From: Bacillota bacterium
GTDB taxonomy: Bacteria > Bacillota > Clostridia > Monoglobales > Firm-18
Direction of reading: 5' to 3'
Assembly (NCBI GenBank): GCA_022706765.1
Contig: JAKJBX010000001.1
Coordinates: forward strand, 140,534 to 204,533
Length of the DNA: 64,000 nt
Below the pieces are notes generated by a model. The model saw only the letters and a list, made by a program, of their open reading frames with translations. It did no database searches and was not told the origin of the DNA. A program made the position numbers and the translations under genes. Of this stretch, positions 20,265-27,735 are shown in pieces (position 1 is the stretch's first letter; each line of letters opens with the position of its first letter).

Positions 20265-20507
20265 ATGCGGCTGGATAAATTTTTAAAGGTGTCACGTATC
20301 ATCAAAAGACGCACCGTCGCCAACGAGGCGTGCGATGCGGGAAGAGTTTCGATCAACGGCAAGACCGCCAAAGCGTCCGCCGAGGTCAAGGCGGGCGACG
20401 TCATCGAGATCCGTTTCGGCGAGCGTCTTTTCAAGGCGGAAGTCCTGAATGTTACCGAGCATGTGGCAAAGGGCGACGCGTCGGAGCTCTACAAGGTCAT
20501 TCTGTAA
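20265..20507 (+). CDS. S4-domain RNA-binding protein (YabO/RqcP-like)
   Basis: Begins MRLDKFLKVSRIIKRRTVANEA.., an S4 fold, and is 80 aa long. The synteny matches yabO. Confidence 0.8.
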   Translation: MRLDKFLKVSRIIKRRTVANEACDAGRVSINGKTAKASAEVKAGDVIEIRFGERLFKAEVLNVTEHVAKGDASELYKVIL

Positions 20508-20561
20508 TAAAAATTTTAACACCTCATATACATTACTATACTAAATGTAAGGGGTGTTAAC

Positions 20562-20837
20562 ATGATGGAGGACAGAATGCAGGGCAGCCTCACCGTTGAG
20601 GACAGGTCACGCCTCACCGCAACAGGGGTCATTGACGTCGAGAGCTTTGACAACGAAACGGTAATACTCATCACGCAGCTCGGTACGCTTTTTATCAAGG
20701 GCTCGAATTTCCGCATCAACAGACTGAATGTCGACATCGGCGAAATCATGATTGAGGGCGACCTTGACAGCTTTCAATACAGCGACAGCTATGGCGGGAA
20801 AGCAAGGGGCAGCCTGTTGTCGAGAATGTTCAAGTAG
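20562..20837 (+). CDS. yabP: sporulation protein YabP
   Basis: The sequence is typical of YabP (LTVEDRSRLTATGVIDVESFDNETVIL..L.IKGSNFRINRLNV). Confidence 0.85.
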   Translation: MMEDRMQGSLTVEDRSRLTATGVIDVESFDNETVILITQLGTLFIKGSNFRINRLNVDIGEIMIEGDLDSFQYSDSYGGKARGSLLSRMFK

Positions 20838-20845
20838 GTGATTGA

Positions 20846-21334
20846 TTGGAAACGACGGTCATCAGTCAAACCACTGTGTTCGCAGCGTCCGTCCTTTGCG
20901 GAAGCGCAATGGCGCTGGCGTTTGATGTTTTCAGGATCCTTCGGCGGCTTATGCGTACAAGCAGCCTTGCGGCGTTTATCGAGGACATTGCCTATTGGCT
21001 TGCCGCCTGTATTTTGTTTTTTCTGTTTATTTTAAAAGCCAACGGCGGCGAGCTGCGGGGCTATGTGTTTATCGGGGCAGGCGTTGGGATGTCGCTGTAT
21101 TTCTCGCTGGTCAGCCGCTTTGTGGTCGGCGCCACCGTAGCGGTCGCACGCTTTGCCGGCAAGGTCCTTGCCAAAGTCCTCTCGGTCGTTGCCTATCCGC
21201 TTGTTTTGGTGCTTTCCTTTCTGAAAAAGCCGCTGTTTTTGGTTTTAAGCTTCGGCAGGCGAAGGGGACGCACGCTGAAACGGAAAATATCGCTCAGTGC
21301 AAGGCATTTTTACAAATTCTATAAAAAAATTTAA
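20846..21334 (+). CDS. yabQ: spore cortex biosynthesis protein YabQ
   Basis: A small membrane protein directly after yabP, with the FDVFRILRR motif region. It uses a TTG start. Confidence 0.7.
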   Translation: METTVISQTTVFAASVLCGSAMALAFDVFRILRRLMRTSSLAAFIEDIAYWLAACILFFLFILKANGGELRGYVFIGAGVGMSLYFSLVSRFVVGATVAVARFAGKVLAKVLSVVAYPLVLVLSFLKKPLFLVLSFGRRRGRTLKRKISLSARHFYKFYKKI

Positions 21335-21344
21335 GAAAATAGTC

Positions 21345-21373
21345 TTTACAATTCAATAAAGATGCGATATAAT
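21345..21373 (+). promoter_or_regulatory. sigma-A type promoter upstream of divIC-like gene
   Basis: TTTACA (21345-21350), a 17-nt spacer, then TATAAT (21368-21373). Confidence 0.45.
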
Positions 21374-21404
21374 GACTGTGACTATTTATTTTTGGAGGCT
21401 TTCG

Positions 21405-21719
21405 ATGGCTGTGTCATCAGGCGTGAAAAATAAATCGAAGCAGAAAAAGAACAGACCTTTCATATTTGTTCTTGTTCTTGTTATGTTTGGATACTTTGCG
21501 TGGGTGTTCACCATGCAGCAGATCGAGTTTTACAGCCGAAACAAGGCGCTGGCACAAATTGAGCGGCGGATTTCCGCCCAGCAGCAGCTTTCCGAAGAAC
21601 TTGCCCGAAAATATGAGATGGTGAATTCCCCCGAATATATCGAGAAAATGGCGAGGGAGCAGCTTGGCTACGCACGGTCTGACGAAACCATTTATTATGA
21701 CGCCACAATGAAGCGTTAG
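21405..21719 (+). CDS. divIC: septum formation initiator family protein (FtsB/DivIC)
   Basis: A single TM helix plus a coiled coil, with C-terminal EYIEKMAREQLGYARSDE. GGAGG lies 6 nt before ATG 21405. Confidence 0.75.
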   Translation: MAVSSGVKNKSKQKKNRPFIFVLVLVMFGYFAWVFTMQQIEFYSRNKALAQIERRISAQQQLSEELARKYEMVNSPEYIEKMAREQLGYARSDETIYYDATMKR

Positions 21720-21731
21720 GGTAATTACTTT

Positions 21732-22012
21732 TTAGGCATAGGGGAGTCGAACCCGCATAGGTTTTGGGTGGTGGATTTGTGCTCGTGCGGCGCAAAATCT
21801 TTTGGCAATACGTCAGTATTACCTGCGTGATTTTGCTTGCCCAAACAAAAATCCACTCATCCACAACTGCGTAGCACCCCTGCCGTCGGAATTTTGGATG
21901 GATTTTTTGGGCGGAGGACGAAGCCTTGCTGACGCAAGGCAAGGACGACAACGGCAAAATACGCAAAAATTATACGGCAGGGGCTGTGTGTGTTTGACTC
22001 CCCTATGCCTAA
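21732..22012. repeat. 281-bp element closed by a 21-bp terminal inverted repeat (MITE-like or large structured RNA)
   Basis: ttaggcataggggagtcgaac (21732-21752) pairs with gtttgactcccctatgcctaa (21992-22012); 20 of 21 pairs are Watson-Crick and one is G-T. There are several internal complementary segments and no ORF. The right arm is repeated at 23788-23819. Confidence 0.6.
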
Positions 22013-22042
22013 GACAAGCTTTAAGGAGGATTCGGGTAAAGT

Positions 22043-22465
22043 ATGGAAGTTGAAATCGGCAAAATCATTGAGGGAAAGGTGACAGGCATTACGAATTTCG
22101 GCGCATTTGTTCAGCTCAGCGTCGGCAAGACCGGTCTGGTACACATTTCCGAAGTAGCGCTTGCATATGTCAAGGATATCAACGAACACCTTAAAGTGAA
22201 CGATGTGGTAAAAGTCAAGGTCATTTCGATTGACGACAAGGGGAAGGTCAGTCTTTCGATCAAAAAAGCGCTGGAAGACGAGCAAAGGAAAGCTGCCCGC
22301 AAGCCTGCGAACGTCGAGTTCGGACAAAAGGGTGCGCCTACGGAGCTTTCGTTTGAAGATAAGATGAAGCAGTTTATGCAAAATAGCGACGAGAAGATGA
22401 CCGACCTGCGCAGAAACATGGACTCCAAGCGCAGCGGCGGCGGATACAGACGCTCCGCGCATTAG
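22043..22465 (+). CDS. S1 RNA-binding domain protein (YabR-like)
   Basis: The S1 domain reads GKIIEGKVTGITNFGAFVQL...GLVHISEV. AAGGAGG lies upstream. Confidence 0.85.
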   Translation: MEVEIGKIIEGKVTGITNFGAFVQLSVGKTGLVHISEVALAYVKDINEHLKVNDVVKVKVISIDDKGKVSLSIKKALEDEQRKAARKPANVEFGQKGAPTELSFEDKMKQFMQNSDEKMTDLRRNMDSKRSGGGYRRSAH

Positions 22466-22474
22466 TATCGGAAC

Positions 22475-22541
22475 AAAGCGTCCGGGTCGCAGCGGTTTTT
22501 TGAATACATCCGCTCGCAGCCCTTACGCGGGGCTTGCGTGG
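22475..22541 (+). repeat. partial, diverged copy of the 42198/58607 intergenic repeat family
   Basis: aagcgtccgggtcgcagcggttttttgaatacatccgctcgc aligns with aagcgttctggcgcatagcgctttcccgaacgcatccgctcgc (42198-). The alignment includes an exact catccgctcgc. Confidence 0.4.
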
Positions 22542-22560
22542 TTTTCTATCAACAACAAAA

Positions 22561-22596
22561 AGCTGTGTTCTGCCAATGCAGAATACAGCTTTTTTT
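22561..22596 (+). terminator. Rho-independent terminator of yabR-like gene
   Basis: A 13-bp stem agctgtgttctgc / gcagaatacagct with a caat loop, followed by T6. Confidence 0.75.
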
Positions 22597-22812
22597 GACT
22601 TATAGGAAATCCTTTCCTATAAGTCAAAAACATTTAATTGATTCCTTGGCAAAGGGTCATGTCAGCGTACCAAAAAGTGCCGTAAGGCACTTTTTGACTT
22701 ATAGGAAATAGGGATTTCCTATAAGTCAAAAACATTTAATTGATTCCTTGGCAAAGGGTCATGTCAGCGTACCAAAAAGTGCCGCAAGGCACTTTTTGAC
22801 TTATAGGCAATT
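22592..22812. repeat. tandem repeat, 2.2 copies of a 99-102 bp unit made of two hairpins and a conserved spacer
   Basis: Units start at 22597, 22696 and 22798 (gacttatagg...). Each has a long palindrome (tttttgacttataggaaat...atttcctataagtcaaaaa), the spacer catttaattgattccttggcaaagggtcatgtcagcgtacc, and the hairpin aaaaagtgcc-G(T/C)AA-ggcacttttt. Confidence 0.9.
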
Positions 22813-22883
22813 ACGCAAAACCGGCGCAATTTCTGCGCTCCGGCGAAGTAAATTCCGCCTGTGCTTTCGCCTGCTGTGTCCGC

Positions 22884-23429
22884 TTATTGCTCCATCTGCT
22901 TGCCGAGGAAGCCGGACGCCGCCTGTGCGAGCTTTTCCTCGACCTCGCCCATGGTCTCACCGTTCTCACCCGACACGAAAATGACCGAACCGATAGAGTC
23001 GCCTTCCGAAATGATCGGGCTGACGATGCTTGCGATATATTTGTCGATGCCGTCGATGATCGGGATGCGCTTGCTGTCACCGGGTTTTAACGAAAAGGTT
23101 GTCTTTTCGTCCATCACCTTTTCAAGCTCAATCGAGATCTTCTTTTCCACAAGGTCCTTTTTCGATACGCCCGACACTGCAATGATGTTGTCCTTGTCCG
23201 TTATGGCGATGGGATACCCCGAGGTTTTCGACAGCGTTTCCGCATATTGCAGCGCAAAGTTGCCCAGCTCTCCGATCGGCGAATACTTCTTAAAAATGAC
23301 CTCTCCGTCCCTGTCGGTATATATTTCGAGCGGATCGCCCTCCCTGATCCGCATGGTACGGCGTATTTCTTTCGGAATGACCACACGACCCAAATCATCT
23401 ATTCTTCGTACTATACCAGTAGCCTTCAC
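22884..23429 (-). CDS. spoVT: stage V sporulation protein T (AbrB-type N-domain plus GAF-like domain)
   Basis: MKATGIVRRIDDLGRVVIPKEIRRTMRIREGDPLEIY is the SpoVT/AbrB swapped-hairpin domain. Its 181-aa length fits SpoVT. It uses a GTG start with GGAGG 9 nt upstream. Confidence 0.9.
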   Translation of the reverse strand: MKATGIVRRIDDLGRVVIPKEIRRTMRIREGDPLEIYTDRDGEVIFKKYSPIGELGNFALQYAETLSKTSGYPIAITDKDNIIAVSGVSKKDLVEKKISIELEKVMDEKTTFSLKPGDSKRIPIIDGIDKYIASIVSPIISEGDSIGSVIFVSGENGETMGEVEEKLAQAASGFLGKQMEQ

Positions 23430-23464
23430 TTAAAACAACCTCCGTTATTTTATTTTTACACCGT

Positions 23465-23498
23465 TAGTATGGTAAAAATGGAAAGCAATTATGTATGC
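23465..23498 (-). promoter_or_regulatory. possible forespore (sigma-G/F type) promoter of spoVT
   Basis: On the minus strand, CATACTA (plus-strand 23465-23471) matches the sigma-G -10 consensus. ACATA/GCATA -35-like pentamers lie 18 and 22 nt upstream. The -35 match is imperfect. Confidence 0.25.
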
Positions 23499-23787
23499 AA
23501 ACACAAATTTCGACATCAAGAAAATTTATCCCGCAGTACGCAGCGGTACGTTGAATTGATTGCGCCGCCGAAATTTTTCTTGCAAAGAGCGCTTGGAAAC
23601 GGCGATCAATTATACCATTATCTTAGCATATCTTAAAAGGGTATATAAAATGATTGCCTGAGAAAGCAAAAAAACACGCTTAAAATTTTGTTTGAGAACA
23701 ACGCAGAAGCCATCCTGTTATATATGCCCGGCACTGATTCAGGCAGGCAAGGCAATTCAAAAACGGGTTCATATTTGAATTGCCTTG

Positions 23788-23819
23788 CTTAGGCATAGAG
23801 GAGTCGAACACACACAGCC
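23788..23819 (-). repeat. solo copy of the right arm of the 21732-22012 element
   Basis: The reverse complement ggctgtgtgtgttcgactcctctatgcctaag matches ggctgtgtgtgtttgactcccctatgcctaag (21982-22013) at about 29 of 32 positions. Confidence 0.7.
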
Positions 23820-23824
23820 CTTTG

Positions 23825-24007
23825 CTATTTCTTTTTGTACAGCTGTGTCACAGCTCCCAGTATCACGCCCACGCCGGCGCCGCAGCAAAGCCACAGCACC
23901 ACGTTATTCAGCAGTGCGCCCAACAGAATCCCCACTGCTGCGCAAAGTCCGATAGCGGTACCAAGATTCCAGTAATCCGTCATATGCCGCTTTTTGTTTT
24001 TTGACAT
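23825..24007 (-). CDS. small glycine-zipper-like membrane protein (60 aa)
   Basis: AAGGAG lies 8 nt before the ATG. The hydrophobic core is GTAIGLCAAVGILLGALL..CCGAGVGVILGAV. The family is unknown. Confidence 0.55.
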   Translation of the reverse strand: MSKNKKRHMTDYWNLGTAIGLCAAVGILLGALLNNVVLWLCCGAGVGVILGAVTQLYKKK

Positions 24008-24137
24008 AGTTTCACTCCTTAGATTTATGATTGGTCATGGCGGATTTGCTTAACACCATCACCATTTATTCGGCTTTGCAAGTACAGAAACGTGGCGGAC
24101 AATCGTTTGATTGTGCTCGGACAAATGAGGTGACTGT

Positions 24138-24260
24138 ATGAAATATCTGGAATACGCTTTGTTCATCGGAGCCGCCTGTCAAGGCGGCATGCTCGTGTTA
24201 GATACACCGAACGACGGCGACCTGCGGATGCAAGAAATATCTAAAAGCGTATTTGAATAA
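24138..24260 (+). CDS. candidate 40-aa small ORF
   Basis: GAGGTG lies 6 nt before ATG 24138. It encodes MKYLEYALFIGAACQGGMLVLDTPNDGDLRMQEISKSVFE. It is below the ORF-track cutoff and I see no homology. Confidence 0.3.
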   Translation: MKYLEYALFIGAACQGGMLVLDTPNDGDLRMQEISKSVFE

Positions 24261-24265
24261 GCAGG

Positions 24266-24916
24266 TCAGGTGAAAAACAAGCGCTGGGCGGTATACAGCA
24301 AAAGCAGATGCAGCGGATAGAACAGATAAAAGGTGTAGGATGGGATGTGCATTTTGGGTTCAAGCGGTTTTAGCAGGAAGATAAGAGAGGCAAGCGAAAA
24401 CATCTGGATATAATCCTGATGCAGATAACAATAGGCAAAGCCGAGTATGGCAAGCGCCGAAAATAGCCCCTGTTTGCGGTTTTTGTTGATATGGAGCAGC
24501 AGTATCAGGGCGACGCCGTAGATGCCGTAGTCAATATCGAGGTAAGCCGATATGATAAAAACCGCCAACAAAAACACATACCGTCTGTTTTGATAAAAAT
24601 GGATTGTCGCCAAACCAAGCGTCAGGGTGAAAAAGATGTTCAGCGTACCGCTGTCATATTCGGGCGCAAGCAACTTTGTACCGACCGCATAGGCGGTTTG
24701 TATGACCAGTCCGAAAGCGAAAAGCCTTGTGAGGTATTTTGAGAAATTCCCGGTATGGTCATAGCCAATGCCAAGCTGGAAGGCAAAAAGCGGGAAGGAA
24801 ATCCGCCCGATGACCCGCAAAATCACGGCGTCGGGAAACAGCACCACGCCGATATGGTCAATCAGCATCGTAAGCATGGCAATGAGCTTGATGTAGTTGC
24901 TTTGGCGCAAGGTCAT
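24266..24916 (-). CDS. TraX family membrane protein
   Basis: The N-terminus LIAMLTMLIDHIGVVLFP is typical of the TraX acyltransferase-like family. The protein is polytopic. Confidence 0.8.
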   Translation of the reverse strand: MTLRQSNYIKLIAMLTMLIDHIGVVLFPDAVILRVIGRISFPLFAFQLGIGYDHTGNFSKYLTRLFAFGLVIQTAYAVGTKLLAPEYDSGTLNIFFTLTLGLATIHFYQNRRYVFLLAVFIISAYLDIDYGIYGVALILLLHINKNRKQGLFSALAILGFAYCYLHQDYIQMFSLASLIFLLKPLEPKMHIPSYTFYLFYPLHLLLLYTAQRLFFT

Positions 24917-25279
24917 TTTAAATTTCTCCTAACGGTATTTGGCAGCCGACCGAATACCTGCGCAGTACCCGTCTATCATCGCCGTCCTAAACACGCCAAA
25001 ACCATTCACAGTTTGATTTTGACGAAACGCAGCGTAAAATTGTTCCTCATAAAACATATTATACCATAGATTTTGAAAAAATCTATGGTATAATTGCGCG
25101 TTGCCGTTTCCGAGCGGTTTTTGCGGAAAAGGAGGGGCAAGGTAAGGAATCAGGCGGAGGTTTTTATGCAACAAAACGGAACAAAGCGAACTTTGCTCCG
25201 ACGTGTGTAAGGCTGACGAAATAGATGCCACTTTCCCCCTAAAATTTGCAAATATGGCAACGCTCCTCCTATGAGTATT

Positions 25280-26194
25280 TTAGTTATCAGCCGAAGTCAA
25301 TAAGGCAAAGGCTTCTGCTCGTGTAATAGCGTTAGTAGGTCTAAATGTACCATCAGGGTATCCGCAAATACGGTTTTTGTATTGCGCCCCCAGCATATAA
25401 CTTTTCGCCCAATCAGGGCAATCACTCCAATCCGAAAAATTATCACCCCAATATCTGATTACATCTATCAGTCGCATTATGTTGTTATACCCTCCTGCTC
25501 CTGAATAAGAGAAAAAGGCTGTTTCATTATCAGTTTGCTCAAAATAACCAGCATAAAATCCTAACGGAAATGGTGCGTTTAATTGGTACACCCAATTACC
25601 TATTGAAAAATCATCCGGCAGGTTATCAAAATATATCTTTATTTTTTCCTTTCCCACTTCGGTTGGATATATTCGCAAACCATTATTTTCAACTCTCATA
25701 TATTGAATTTCATCTGCCGATAAAATATTTTGTTGGTTAATTCCTCTCAAAATGTATGCGTTATCGGGCGATTCAGTTTCAAAAAAATAATTAACAACAT
25801 CATCGCCATACATAAGTATTTTTACAGCTTCCGCACGGGTAATAAACGCATTTGGTCGAGATAGCCCGTTTTCATCCCCTTGAATATAACCTGCAAATTT
25901 GGCGATTAACATATCGTTTGCATACCAAGCATTCTCATCAACATCATTAAAATTCTCTATCGGTCGGTTAAATACATCTTTATATAAATTATATCTATTT
26001 ACTATTGCTATAAATTCGGCACGGGTTATATCATAATCAGGATTAATATTGCCTTGTTCATCGCCATAAAGAATTCCTTGCGACATCAGTGTGTCAATAT
26101 CGCGCTGTGCCCAATGCCCCTCATAATCGGATGAACACGCAGGATAAACTGAAATGAGCAAGGTGAAGATAGTTGTCACCAATGTCCTTTTCAT
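25280..26194 (-). CDS. secreted protein with S-layer-homology (SLH)-like repeats
   Basis: The signal peptide is MKRTLVTTIFTLLISVY. There are three SLH-like segments (HWAQRDIDTL..GILYGDEQGNINPDYDITRAEF; AWYANDMLIA...RPNAFITRAEA; DWAKSYMLGA..GYPDGTFRPTNAITRAEA). The gene is AT-rich. The listed ORF starts at TTG 26209. Confidence 0.65.
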   Translation of the reverse strand: MKRTLVTTIFTLLISVYPACSSDYEGHWAQRDIDTLMSQGILYGDEQGNINPDYDITRAEFIAIVNRYNLYKDVFNRPIENFNDVDENAWYANDMLIAKFAGYIQGDENGLSRPNAFITRAEAVKILMYGDDVVNYFFETESPDNAYILRGINQQNILSADEIQYMRVENNGLRIYPTEVGKEKIKIYFDNLPDDFSIGNWVYQLNAPFPLGFYAGYFEQTDNETAFFSYSGAGGYNNIMRLIDVIRYWGDNFSDWSDCPDWAKSYMLGAQYKNRICGYPDGTFRPTNAITRAEAFALLTSADN

Positions 26195-26319
26195 AAAACA
26201 TTTATTCAATTCATCCGACCGCCTTTTTGAGAAACAACGCGGACGTTTCTCGTTGTTCTTTATCTAATGCATTTAGTAATCATTGCTTATAGTATAAAAA
26301 TTACATTTTGTCAAATTTA

Positions 26320-26390
26320 ATGAAGTATCGTATTTCATGCGATATGAAGTTGCTTCGTAATGAAGTATTTGCCTTTGGCAAATATGAAGT
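26320..26390. promoter_or_regulatory. four direct ATGAAGT repeats just upstream of the SLH-gene promoter
   Basis: ATGAAGT occurs at 26320, 26344, 26360 and 26384, i.e. two 40-bp super-repeats TAATGAAGTAT-N13-ATATGAAGT. A minus-strand TTGACA-17-TATAAG promoter abuts them, with its -35 box at 26309-26314. Confidence 0.4.
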
Positions 26391-26554
26391 GAATTTCTCC
26401 CTATGATATTTGTAATTATGCGCATCATCTCATCAATAAATTGGAATTTATCAGCGTCCCATTATGTTAATAAAGGAAAATTCAAAATTATTCTTTTTCA
26501 TGTAAATGTTGTCACTGAAAACAGACAAATCTCAGCATAGCGGTTAAACTAAAA

Positions 26555-27691
26555 TCAGCCGAATAGAGACAGCAGGATACCCGCAGCAACTGCTGAACCA
26601 ATCACACCAGCTATATTAGGTCCTATCGCATGCATTAGCAGGAAATTAGCAGGGTTTGCTTTTTGCCCTTCAAGGTGAGATATTCTTGCGGCCATCGGAA
26701 CAGCCGACACTCCGGCAGACCCAATCAAAGGATTTACTTTCCCCTTTGTAATCCAATACATTAGTTTACCTAAGAGCAACCCGCCAACAGTGCTGAAAAT
26801 AAATGCCAGTAAACCAAGTCCGATAATCATTAATGTTTGTGGACGCAAAAAGGTTTCTGCCGCTGCGGTAGCGCCGACTGTAACACCAAGAAATATTGTA
26901 ACAATATTGATTAAAGCATTTTGCACGGTTTCAGACAAGCGTTCAACAACACCCGACTCCTTAAACAAATTCCCAAGCATTAACATTCCAATCAAAGGTG
27001 CTACGGAAGGTAACAAAAGCACGCATAGGATTGTAACGATAATTGGGAAACATACCTTTTCCAGTTTTGATACGCTGCGAAGCTGGGTCATTCCAGTTTC
27101 TCTTTCTTTTTTTGTAGTCAGCGCACGCATAATGGGCGGTTGAATCATAGGGATAAGGGCCATGTATGAATAGGCTGCAATCGCAATAGCGGGCAGTAAT
27201 TCAGGCGCTAACTTTGACGTCAGAAAAATTGCGGTAGGTCCATCAGCACCTCCGATAATCGCAATAGAAGATGCTTCTCCGGGCTGAAACCCTAAAGCAG
27301 TTGCAATAACAAATGCAACACAAATTCCAAACTGCGCACCCGCACCTAAAAACAAACTGCTTGGCCGCGCGATCAATGGACCGAAATCGGTCATTGCTCC
27401 TATCCCAAGAAATATAAGGGACGGGTATATTCCCTTTTTCACGCCCAAATACAGATAATAAAGCAAGCCGCCCGATTCAGAAGCGTTTGCGGGTTCACCC
27501 ATCAATCCGGTTAATGGAAGATTTACGAGTAATATCCCAAAAGCGATTGGAAGCAGCAAAAGCGGTTCGAATTTCCGAACAACAGCCAAATAAATCAATA
27601 TGCAAGCAATAACAATCATGATTAAGTGCTGCCAAGTAAGCACAATAAAACCCGATGACTCCCATAGCCCCTGTAATGCATCAATAAACAT
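26555..27691 (-). CDS. oadB: sodium ion-translocating decarboxylase beta subunit (OadB/GcdB/MmdB family)
   Basis: A 378-aa polytopic protein. Its N-terminus (LQGLWESSGF...LIMIVIACILIYLAV.KFEPLLLLPIAFGILLVNLP) is typical of the family. Confidence 0.9.
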   Translation of the reverse strand: MFIDALQGLWESSGFIVLTWQHLIMIVIACILIYLAVVRKFEPLLLLPIAFGILLVNLPLTGLMGEPANASESGGLLYYLYLGVKKGIYPSLIFLGIGAMTDFGPLIARPSSLFLGAGAQFGICVAFVIATALGFQPGEASSIAIIGGADGPTAIFLTSKLAPELLPAIAIAAYSYMALIPMIQPPIMRALTTKKERETGMTQLRSVSKLEKVCFPIIVTILCVLLLPSVAPLIGMLMLGNLFKESGVVERLSETVQNALINIVTIFLGVTVGATAAAETFLRPQTLMIIGLGLLAFIFSTVGGLLLGKLMYWITKGKVNPLIGSAGVSAVPMAARISHLEGQKANPANFLLMHAIGPNIAGVIGSAVAAGILLSLFG

Positions 27692-27735
27692 ACTGTACCT
27701 CCCTCATAGAATAAAAACCTGCTTGTATCAGGTAT

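Noticed and set aside
21741-21760. GGAGTCGAACCC in the element arms resembles the reverse complement of a tRNA T-arm, suggesting a tRNA-like or tmRNA fragment.
   Set aside because: No acceptor stem, CCA end, D-arm or anticodon arm can be built around it. The resemblance is limited to about 12 nt.
21732-22012. I considered that the TTAGGC...GCCTAA termini might be integron attC-like core sites.
   Set aside because: The order is inverted relative to attC (RYYYAAC...GTTRRRY). The element is much longer than an attC site, contains no cassette ORF, and no intI gene is present.
22592-22630. The palindromes read as face-to-face sigma-A promoters (TTGACT-17-TATAAG on both strands).
   Set aside because: The other family members (28489, 48072) keep the hairpin but lose the -35/-10 resemblance. 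The promoter-like reading therefore looks coincidental to the palindrome sequence.
22592-22812. I considered that the tandem repeats might be a CRISPR array.
   Set aside because: There are only 2.2 units and the period is about 100 bp. The inter-repeat sequence is itself repeated, so there are no unique spacers. There are no cas genes anywhere in the window.
22748-22984. A 78-aa plus-strand ORF starts inside the tandem repeat.
   Set aside because: It begins within the repeat unit and runs antisense into spoVT. It is an artefact of the repeat and shadow frame.
24929-25231. A 100-aa minus-strand ORF lies between traX and the SLH gene.
   Set aside because: It has no SD and a low-complexity sequence, it spans the 25057-25093 palindrome, and I recognise no family.
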